Assembly (NCBI GenBank): GCA_964393565.1
Contig: CAYMUJ010000004.1
Location: forward strand, 2,188-66,187
Direction of reading: 5' to 3'
Source: an uncultured Stakelama sp.
GTDB taxonomy: Bacteria > Pseudomonadota > Alphaproteobacteria > Sphingomonadales > Sphingomonadaceae
DNA: 64,000 nucleotides
Shown here one piece after another: positions 57,209-64,000 of the stretch. A program made the position numbers and the translations under genes. Position 1 is the stretch's first letter. Every line of letters starts with the position of its first letter. The notes beneath the pieces were generated by a model. The model had not been told where the DNA came from. It was given only the letters and a program-made list of their open reading frames with translations, and did no database searches.

Positions 57209-57905
57209 GACCGAGTCTACCGCGGCTTTGCTGCGATCCGGTGATCCCAGGGTTGAGCGGGACCCTTTCGCCAGCTTGCATGCCGTCGCGATAAGTGCGC
57301 TCGAAGTCCCGGCTGCGACGCGTCTGGCGGCTCTCGAGCTTGAAAGGTATTGCCGCGTCAATCAGACTGTCCCGGAGAACGACCAGCCCTGTGCCCATTT
57401 TCGCGGGCTCTTTGAGGGCTTTCAGCCGGCTCGCGAGGGTATCCGACATTCCATCAAGAAATGCGGACAACTTCCAACGGCGGCGGACGGGAGTTAGGAG
57501 ACGGAGGTCTGTCCCGATGCGCCGGTACTCTGCGCGCATTGCTCGCGCACAGATCTCGAGCAGGTACTTGGCGACGTCTACTTCGTGCGCGAAACCGAAG
57601 AAATTGATTTCAGCCGGCTCACCGGCTCGAGCGGCCCAATATCGCACGCCGGTAAGTTCGGCGAGCGCGTCAGCTATCTTCCACAGCCGATCCCCGACCT
57701 CATCGTCATGACGCTCTCGGTGCCGGGAAAACGGGGACTCGCGAAGCTTCACCTCATCAACGGTCAAGTTGTAGCGCGCCAGCATCTCGGCTGCTTTCTG
57801 CGCCGCAGCGACAGCCTCGTCCTCGGTGCAACCGTTCTCAACGGTCTTTGCGAGCAGCGCCCGTATGCGGGCAGCGATTTTTGATCTCTCGTCGCTATCA
57901 GACAT
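57201..57905 (-). CDS. DUF2786-like protein
   Basis: RIRALLAKT..NG.TE.EA.AA..KA.E...RYNL. Confidence 0.78.
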   Translation of the reverse strand: MSDSDERSKIAARIRALLAKTVENGCTEDEAVAAAQKAAEMLARYNLTVDEVKLRESPFSRHRERHDDEVGDRLWKIADALAELTGVRYWAARAGEPAEINFFGFAHEVDVAKYLLEICARAMRAEYRRIGTDLRLLTPVRRRWKLSAFLDGMSDTLASRLKALKEPAKMGTGLVVLRDSLIDAAIPFKLESRQTRRSRDFERTYRDGMQAGERVPLNPGITGSQQSRGRLGHG

Positions 57906-57908
57906 AAA

Positions 57909-59834
57909 TCACCCAATAGTTGATAATCCGAGCATATCTAGGAAGTTGAGATAGGGGACGCTCTGCTTCCTGAATCCTACCAGGTCGAGCATTTCCTGAG
58001 CCTCCCGACAGTACCAGCCGAAGTCGAGATCGTTCGGGAAGTGTGCCATCCGCATGATCGGCATCGCCCCTTCGGACTTCGCGACCTTCTTGAGGTTACC
58101 GGTCGTCGGGTGCCGCTTCACGTAATAGATCGGCGTGTCCGTCGCGACGGAATGATAGAACCGGACCACCTTTCCGAGGTCTTCGCCGTCCTTCATTGCG
58201 CCACCCGTCACCTTCTGAACGGTGATGAATTTTGACACGTCGTGGCAGCCGTAGATCGTGTCCTCGACAGGCGTGCCGTTCAGGATTCTCTCGACGACCG
58301 CCTCAACGCAGATCGTATTCTTGGGCGAGGTCATGAACTGCCCGCGCAGATCGGGGTCCTTATCCCACCAAGGGTTCGAGAAGGCTCCCTTGGTCTTGAT
58401 CTTCCCGTCCGGCTTGACCGCGATATAGCTGTTCACGTCGCGCGAGTAGAGCGCCTTGTACCGCGTCTCTTCGGTGCCGAACCCGGTAGCCCTTTCCCAC
58501 TTCTGGATGATGAACTGGAGTTCGTTCAGGCGCTCCTTCGGACATTTGATGACAACGCCATCAGTGTTCGCCGAGATCACCCGGATACCGGCAAGCTCAA
58601 GCCACTCGATCAGCATTAACAGCGCGAGTTGGCCCGTCACGGTCACCTGGATCATCAGGTCCGGCGAGTAGAGCGATGAGAACCGGCTGCCGAACTTTCC
58701 AAAGGAGCCGTTGAGGACGATCTTGAGCGACTCGTTGAGAATGACGTCGACCGGGTCAGGCTTGAGCCCTGCCTTCTTCGCGGCACTCACCCGATCCTTC
58801 GCCGCGACGCGAATCTGGTAGATCTTGCGATATACCTTGAGGAACGCGGGACCGAGGTGCTTCGGAAACAGCCCAAGCGTCATGATGATGTTCGGATAGT
58901 ACGAGGTCACGTCGCGGTCGATAATGACCGTGTCATCGTCGGCAACATGCGCAACCGACTCCTCGGAACTATGCAGCCCGCCGATGCCCATCCGGTAGAC
59001 CGACCCGCCGAGTCTGATCTTTTTACCCTCGAGCGCCCGCGGCATCTTGATCGAGCCCTTGTCGGAAACGACGAACTCGGCTTGCCGCACCTGGTGCAGC
59101 ATCGCGCGAAGCTCCGGCGTCTTGAACTCGATATAGTCGGGGACCTTGTAGCGGTACTTGGTCCCTGGAGCGATCTCGACGCGCTCGACCCGTTCGCCGG
59201 TGAGCTTTTCGAGCCGCGCCTTGATCACCGCCTCGGCGACCTGGGCTTCCGACTTCGAACGCAGGTCGACGCCGTACTCCTTGCCCATCGCCTCACGAAG
59301 CTCGAGTTGTCCTTTCAGGCGCTCGAAGAGCAGTTGCGTCGCTGGAATGTCGCTATTGATGCAGTAGTCGCGGATGGTGTCCATCTGGACGCGCGTAAGG
59401 CGGGCATTCGGCGCCACTGGCAGTTCCTGCAGCCGTTCCGCGTGCAGGCGACCGGCATATACCTTCAGGCTTACGCCGACCCCCGGCGCCACCTCGATAA
59501 GGTCGATGTGATCCAGCGAGCGCGGTATCTTGAAGTCGTATTGGCGCTCGATGTCCCACGGTTTCTTGCCGGCGATAATGATAGCGTCCGCGACCTTCTT
59601 GAGCACGCGAACCGGATAGCCGAGCACCGCCATCCAACAAATGACGATGTCGAACGGCCGGGAGTTGAAGCCGACCAGTGTGTGGTTTTCGAGGAAGTCG
59701 CGCAGCCGCTCGCGATCAATCTCCGCGCCGTCGCGAGACTCGAACGTGACGACTTTCCCGCTCCGAACGCTACGAAAAGCGATCAGTAGATAGTTCACAT
59801 AAATTTCGGTATCGAAAATGACCGAGGGTTTCAT
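57909..59834 (-). CDS. DNA polymerase with family-B-type motifs and 3'-5' exonuclease domain
   Basis: FDTE and GFNSRPFD (exonuclease); DVTSYYP, KIVLNGSFGK, ANTDG. Confidence 0.88.
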   Translation of the reverse strand: MKPSVIFDTEIYVNYLLIAFRSVRSGKVVTFESRDGAEIDRERLRDFLENHTLVGFNSRPFDIVICWMAVLGYPVRVLKKVADAIIIAGKKPWDIERQYDFKIPRSLDHIDLIEVAPGVGVSLKVYAGRLHAERLQELPVAPNARLTRVQMDTIRDYCINSDIPATQLLFERLKGQLELREAMGKEYGVDLRSKSEAQVAEAVIKARLEKLTGERVERVEIAPGTKYRYKVPDYIEFKTPELRAMLHQVRQAEFVVSDKGSIKMPRALEGKKIRLGGSVYRMGIGGLHSSEESVAHVADDDTVIIDRDVTSYYPNIIMTLGLFPKHLGPAFLKVYRKIYQIRVAAKDRVSAAKKAGLKPDPVDVILNESLKIVLNGSFGKFGSRFSSLYSPDLMIQVTVTGQLALLMLIEWLELAGIRVISANTDGVVIKCPKERLNELQFIIQKWERATGFGTEETRYKALYSRDVNSYIAVKPDGKIKTKGAFSNPWWDKDPDLRGQFMTSPKNTICVEAVVERILNGTPVEDTIYGCHDVSKFITVQKVTGGAMKDGEDLGKVVRFYHSVATDTPIYYVKRHPTTGNLKKVAKSEGAMPIMRMAHFPNDLDFGWYCREAQEMLDLVGFRKQSVPYLNFLDMLGLSTIG

Positions 59835-59842
59835 GCCGACCT

Positions 59843-60120
59843 TCAGGGCTTTCGGGAGAGAAGCGGGTCTACCTCGGGATCGAACCGAGACACCTCCGGG
59901 TACAGGGATTGCCTCACCGCCGTACTTCTCGTCCTAGCCATAAGAACCGGCTCGGAGCTACCTGCGGTAAAAAGCTCAACACCCTGCGGCGTGATTGTCG
60001 ACCTACACAAGGTCATCAACTTATGGCCCACACGACCCTTGTCCGTGCTTTACGCGAGCCTGCCCACGCTAAACCCACCTCGTGGGGACATCCGTCCCGC
60101 TTCTCGCCGGAAAGCCCTGA
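59843..60120 (-). ncRNA. Candidate structured RNA (~280 nt) closed by a 25-bp stem, with tRNA-like T-arm
   Basis: IR arms 59843-59867 and 60096-60120; internal helices; CTCGG-TTCGATC-CCGAG at 59889-59873. Confidence 0.6.
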
Positions 60121-60137
60121 CCCCGAGGGTCAGGGTT
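60111..60137 (-). terminator. Terminator-like hairpin after ssb, overlapping the 5' arm of the long stem
   Basis: ACCCTGACCC-TCG-GGGTCAGGGC-TTT on the - strand. Confidence 0.7.
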
Positions 60138-60146
60138 CACAGTGCA

Positions 60147-60899
60147 TCAGGTGATGTCGTCATCGTCGTCGCTGCGGCGCGAGGGCTTCCGCTTCGCAGG
60201 GCGGTCATCCTCTTCGTCATCGTCGATCGTGCGACGAGCCGGCTTGCGCTTCGAGAAACGGTCGTCCTCGTCTTCGTCGTCAATGTTCCGGCGAGCAGGC
60301 TTCTTCTTGGCCGGGCGGTCGTCTTCGTCGTCATCCTCGTCGTCACCGAGGTTTTCGAACTCGTCATCGTCGATACCGCCGCCACCGAACTTCTCGCCGT
60401 GGCTCACGAACTGGACAGCGTCGACAGACGCGAAAACGCCATTGCCGCCCTTGTCCTGGTCCTTGATGCCATAGACCCGACCGTAGAGGATGACGTTGGC
60501 GCCCGAGTAGATCTTGTCGTCGTCGCGATCGAGATCGGTCTGACCGTCACGGTCACGGAGCTTGGGGCGCCGGTCGTTCGAGGCCTTGAGGTACATCATG
60601 TCCTCGTAGCCGTCGCGGACATTGCCATCGCCGTCGACCATGTCGTTGCCGTCCATGAGCGCGTACCGGTCATCCTTGAACTTTGGCGTCTTGCCGGGCC
60701 ACATGACCTCTTTCACCTCGTCGATAGCATTCTCGATCGCGGCGATGCTCTTCTTGCCCTCCTTGGTCGATGGATCGATCAGAAGGTTGGTCCGGTACTT
60801 CTTCGGCCCGTCCTTTACGGAAGCGCTCGCTTCCCAAAGGTGCTCGAAAGAGAGCCGGCCGCGGACTTTGAACTTTCCGACTTCTTCACGTTCAGCCAT
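60147..60899 (-). CDS. ssDNA-binding protein (DUF2815-like) with long acidic tail
   Basis: GRLSFEHLW, KY...LLI, IYSG..V, AVQFVSHGEKFGG; ends DDDDDIT. Confidence 0.85.
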   Translation of the reverse strand: MAEREEVGKFKVRGRLSFEHLWEASASVKDGPKKYRTNLLIDPSTKEGKKSIAAIENAIDEVKEVMWPGKTPKFKDDRYALMDGNDMVDGDGNVRDGYEDMMYLKASNDRRPKLRDRDGQTDLDRDDDKIYSGANVILYGRVYGIKDQDKGGNGVFASVDAVQFVSHGEKFGGGGIDDDEFENLGDDEDDDEDDRPAKKKPARRNIDDEDEDDRFSKRKPARRTIDDDEEDDRPAKRKPSRRSDDDDDIT

Positions 60900-62241
60900 T
60901 TTCACGTTCTCCGTTTTCGTCGTTGGCTTCGTTTTCAAGGTTGTCGAACTCGATCTTCAGCGGCGTGATCGCCGGCTTAGGGTCGTTCGCCGATGCCAGT
61001 ACCGGCTTCGGCTTGCCGCGATCGACGAGGGCGGCAGGCAGGGTTCCTTTGCCCAACAGTGTTTCAGCTTTCGCGGGTGAAATCAACTTTCGGGTGAATA
61101 TCTTCTCGTCAGAAAGTGACTTTCCGCGCTTCTGATCGAGCGTTTCGGGGTCGGCATAGACAGGCTTGGCGAGGAAGGCATAGGCGAACGCCTCATCCAC
61201 CCACTTTCGCGCAGGACTACGCCCTTCGACCGCCTTGAGACCCGGAACAGCGTCAAAGTTGCCGGACAGTGCTTCCAAGAGCGCATCAGCGTGCATGCGC
61301 TCGTACCAACGCACGATATCCGACCAGCTATCCAGAAGTCGGGCGCGATGCTCGACACTCAGCACGCGGGGCATGCGAACCTTGGTGCCTAACTCGACTG
61401 CCTCATCAAGGTTCTCGAACTTGAGCCCGAGGTCGGTGATGATCCAGTTCTCATACTCAGGACACGCGCCCTCGATCCGCGCTGCCGCGCACCAACGGCA
61501 TTGCTTCTTTCCCGGTATCCGCGGCGCATCGGGGTCCTCGGTCGCTTTGGCAGCAGCCCGCACCCGCTTCCCGAATTCCAGAAGTTCGTCGAGCGTGATT
61601 CGAAACTCGCCCGGAGCCGCTACGACGTCCTCGTCTTCATCTTCTTCGGCATCCAGGTCTTCGAACTGGATGACCGGATCACGCCGTCCGCGCTGCTTCA
61701 CCCGTGGTTGATCGATCATCAGGAGGAAGTCGGTCGCCTTGGTCTCGTGTCTGGCGATGTTGTGCCAGAAGCCGAGGGCGTAAATCATCTGCTGAGTGTT
61801 CTGGTGCGCGTCGACCGGCTCACCCTGCCCCCACTTCAGGTCGTTGATCACGATCAGCTTGTCGCTGATGATCCCGCAGTCGAGGGTTCCGAAGTCACCT
61901 GGCATCCATCGGTTGAGATCGACCTTGTACTCGACGACCATCCGACCGTCGAACTGACGGATGCGGTCTATGCCGGTCTGGAGATAAGCAGCATCCTTGT
62001 CGGTCCACTCAAACCAATATCCGTCAACCCACATCCGGTGACCAACAAAGTCGGACGGGTCAAGACCAAGCTCGAGGCAGTCCTCGCGAATCTGGTGCGC
62101 CCATGTGCCCTCGGCCGCATAGATCGACGACGGGCTTTCGCCGAGTTTCGACGTCAGGTTCAGCGACCCAGGGCAGTTCATCCACCGGCCACTATCGGAC
62201 GGAGACCGGTGAGCGTGCGCGCGATTCTGCGATCTCGCCAT
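60892..62241 (-). CDS. DUF2800 PD-(D/E)xK (Cas4-like) exonuclease
   Basis: HAHRSPS...WMNCPGS, AAEGT.AH, GTLD...INDLKWG, Q..IYALG, QCRWC. Confidence 0.88.
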   Translation of the reverse strand: MARSQNRAHAHRSPSDSGRWMNCPGSLNLTSKLGESPSSIYAAEGTWAHQIREDCLELGLDPSDFVGHRMWVDGYWFEWTDKDAAYLQTGIDRIRQFDGRMVVEYKVDLNRWMPGDFGTLDCGIISDKLIVINDLKWGQGEPVDAHQNTQQMIYALGFWHNIARHETKATDFLLMIDQPRVKQRGRRDPVIQFEDLDAEEDEDEDVVAAPGEFRITLDELLEFGKRVRAAAKATEDPDAPRIPGKKQCRWCAAARIEGACPEYENWIITDLGLKFENLDEAVELGTKVRMPRVLSVEHRARLLDSWSDIVRWYERMHADALLEALSGNFDAVPGLKAVEGRSPARKWVDEAFAYAFLAKPVYADPETLDQKRGKSLSDEKIFTRKLISPAKAETLLGKGTLPAALVDRGKPKPVLASANDPKPAITPLKIEFDNLENEANDENGERENG

Positions 62242-62705
62242 CAGCTAGACCACACTGTTTGGCGCGTCTCGACGTCTCGACGTATACCGTGAGGAATTGG
62301 CGCCGCAGCGCGGTTCAGACGCATCGCCTCGCGCATAACCTTCGGATCTTCGCCGTATCGAAGGTTGCGAACGAACGCGTGAACGTTGGGAAATCTCAGG
62401 TCGTGCCGATAGTGTCCGGCCTCCCGCCTAAGCATCGACCACTCTGTATCCAAGCCGTCGAAATAGCTTAGGACGCGATCATGCTTCATCAGCGAAATGG
62501 GATACTCAAAACCATTCCACCGACCAATAGCAGCGACAAAAAGCGAGCCGAATGGATAGAAGGGTCTGCTCCAATCCTCGAAATAGAGAAAAGAAACTTC
62601 GTCTCCAACTTCGACAAACGGCGCTCTTGCCGCTTGCGCACTAGCGGCAAGCGGTAAGATGGAGATACCTATAGCTCCACTTAAGAATTCACGCCGATTG
62701 AGCAT
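62241..62705 (-). CDS. Hypothetical protein with twin-arginine-like signal peptide
   Basis: MLNRREFLSGAIGISILPLAASAQA. Confidence 0.65.
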   Translation of the reverse strand: MLNRREFLSGAIGISILPLAASAQAARAPFVEVGDEVSFLYFEDWSRPFYPFGSLFVAAIGRWNGFEYPISLMKHDRVLSYFDGLDTEWSMLRREAGHYRHDLRFPNVHAFVRNLRYGEDPKVMREAMRLNRAAAPIPHGIRRDVETRQTVWSS

Positions 62706-62707
62706 AT

Positions 62708-62965
62708 TCAGCGCTTCGGAGCGACTTTGTCGGGGCCGGGCGTCTCGCTGTTCTCAAGAACGATGCGCTCGACGACTGGGATGGTGGTAACGCGCTGAAC
62801 GTCGAACCATTGTGCTTCCTTGAAGCTGCCGTCTTCTGCAACTTTCGGAACGAGAAGCACCTGATTGCAACCGGTGAGATAATGCACGCATCCGGTGATA
62901 ACGCCGGTGAAGCCGGTCACCTTGTCGAAGGCCGTATAGCCAAGCAGTTCTTCGAGTTTCGCCAT
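62708..62965 (-). CDS. Hypothetical phage protein (DKVTGFTGVITG...YLTGC)
   Basis: AAAGGA RBS. Confidence 0.75.
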   Translation of the reverse strand: MAKLEELLGYTAFDKVTGFTGVITGCVHYLTGCNQVLLVPKVAEDGSFKEAQWFDVQRVTTIPVVERIVLENSETPGPDKVAPKR

Positions 62966-62979
62966 TTGCAGGGTCCTTT

Positions 62980-63116
62980 CAGGGTGTTCGGGTGAGACGA
63001 GCGCAAGGTCAGATCGCATAGTCGAGGCTGGACTAGCGGTGTCACCAAAGGCGTGGGGTTGTCGCCCGCGCTCGTCTCGCCGGAACACCCTGCCGCCCAT
63101 TCGGGAGGCGGCAGGG
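62980..63116 (-). promoter_or_regulatory. Second copy of the hairpin plus 25-bp stem RNA leader
   Basis: IR arms 62980-63004 and 63068-63092; hairpin 63088-63116 shares CAGGG with the 5' arm. Confidence 0.7.
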
Positions 63117-63135
63117 GTCTAGTCGACGATGAGGC

Positions 63136-63645
63136 TTATTCGTCCTCTTCGTCGGCGAACGGGTCCGTGCCGCCCTTCTTCGCCTCGATCCAGTCGTGGA
63201 CCTTCTTCAGGTCGCCGGCCTCAGTGATCTCGGACACCTTGCCGGCGCCGACCTTGGCGAGGCACTTCTTCACGAAGGTCTTACGGGCGTTCCGGCGCTT
63301 GAGCAGCTTCGCGTTGTCGTCGTCGACCGGCTCGCCGTCATCGTCGAGTTCCGGCTGCAGTTCGCCGAGCCAATCGGTGACCACCGTAGAGACGTCTTCG
63401 ACAGTCGGACCCTTCGTCTTGGCGGTGGACTTCTTGGTATCGGCCTCGCCGCCGTCCTCGTCCTTTGCAGCGCGGCGGCGCGTGGTGGCGGGCTTCTTGG
63501 TCTCGGCGGCGTCACCGCCTTCATCGTCGGACGCAGCGGCCTTGGCAGCGGGCTTCTTGGCCGCGAGACCGATAACCTGCCGCAGCAGATCGTTGTGCTC
63601 GGTCATGGCGGCAGTGTTTTCACGCAGGGCGTCTTCGAGGCTCAT
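63136..63645 (-). CDS. Hypothetical Lys/Ala/acidic protein heading the replication operon
   Basis: MSLEDALRENTAAM; AAGGAG RBS. Confidence 0.8.
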   Translation of the reverse strand: MSLEDALRENTAAMTEHNDLLRQVIGLAAKKPAAKAAASDDEGGDAAETKKPATTRRRAAKDEDGGEADTKKSTAKTKGPTVEDVSTVVTDWLGELQPELDDDGEPVDDDNAKLLKRRNARKTFVKKCLAKVGAGKVSEITEAGDLKKVHDWIEAKKGGTDPFADEEDE

Positions 63646-63716
63646 TCATGGCTCCTTGAGCATTGGGTTACCGGTTGATCACGGTGGCAGCACGTAATCA
63701 CCCAACACGGTCAATG

Positions 63717-63731
63717 TCAACCTTTTGTTGA
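63717..63731. promoter_or_regulatory. Palindromic operator in a divergent promoter region
   Basis: TCAACCTTTTGTTGA; overlaps TTGACA on the - strand (63720-63715). Confidence 0.75.
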
Positions 63732-63784
63732 TTTTAGAATTGCAGTCGAGTACGGTCCAACCACTCTCAAGATCGGAGACAACT

Positions 63785-64000
63785 GTGAACTCGGACCTGG
63801 ACGACCTCGTCGGCACAACTGCCAGCAACCACAAGCGCGCGGCCTATCCGCGCAAAGACCATGGTGGGCTTCACCATCTGATCGGGCGCGCTCTGCCCTA
63901 TCTTTGCGATGCGCAAGGAGTGGCGAATCTCCACCAACTCGCCGAAATCCTGAAGCTCACCTATGCCGCATGCCACAAGTGGGTGCGGCCGGGCCGGAGT
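63785..64000 (+). CDS. Cro-like HTH protein, 3'-truncated by the window and absent from the ORF track
   Basis: GGAG RBS and GTG; MNSDLDDLVG...NLHQLAEILKLTYAACHKWVRPG; open to the window end. Confidence 0.7.
   Translation, partial: MNSDLDDLVGTTASNHKRAAYPRKDHGGLHHLIGRALPYLCDAQGVANLHQLAEILKLTYAACHKWVRPGRS

Noticed and set aside
59873-59889. tRNA gene suggested by GGTTCGATCC
   Set aside because: No acceptor stem, D-arm or anticodon arm at tRNA spacing and no CCA; kept only as a T-arm within a larger candidate RNA
59843-60031. 62-aa ORF upstream of the polymerase
   Set aside because: Weak start context, no recognisable motif, and it coincides with dense RNA secondary structure
60892-62241. Cas4-like nuclease as evidence of a CRISPR system
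   Set aside because: DUF2800 is a standard phage replication-module gene; no repeat-spacer array or other cas genes in the window
6357-63731. Palindrome as a host CtrA, FixK/FNR, LexA or IHF box
   Set aside because: CtrA is TTAA-N7-TTAA, FNR/FixK is TTGA-N6-TCAA (opposite order), alphaproteobacterial LexA is GTTC-N7-GTTC and IHF is WATCAA-N4-TTR; none matches TCAAC-N5-GTTGA

Overview
The whole window is one temperate, lambda-head-type siphophage of about 60% GC, with gene order resembling Chi/BcepNazgul-like phages. The host is most likely an alphaproteobacterium (GapR homolog, CCUCCUCCC sRNA). No host genes are present and attP is intact. Layout: 1-5.9 kb small early-type genes, a DUF853 ATPase and a C4-antisense-RNA/antirepressor locus; about 6.0-6.3 kb a candidate cos region; 6.4-18.1 kb (+) accessory and nucleotide-metabolism genes (dUTPase, MazG-like, class II RNR, ThyA, GapR, DNA methyltransferase); 18.2-52.4 kb (-) holin-like genes, a second tyrosine recombinase, tail fibres, endolysin, tail, head and terminase; 52.4-55.4 kb AlpA, sRNA, integrase, attP and repressor; 55.4-63.7 kb (-) replication genes (SNF2 helicase, VRR-NUC, family-B-type polymerase, SSB, DUF2800 nuclease). 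The most unusual signals lie outside gene annotation: (1) two covarying 25-bp RNA stems that each overlap an upstream hairpin and end at an RBS, one enclosing a highly structured 228-nt RNA with a tRNA-like T-arm; (2) roughly 9-fold enrichment of GAGTC/GACTC (CcrM-type GANTC) sites confined to the arm next to the candidate cos; (3) a genome-wide TCAAC-N5-GTTGA palindrome at about 25 gene junctions; (4) a phage-borne cuckoo-type anti-Shine-Dalgarno sRNA; (5) a run of proteins sharing SSB-tip-like acidic C-termini (DDDIL). All counts were made by eye and no database searches were run.
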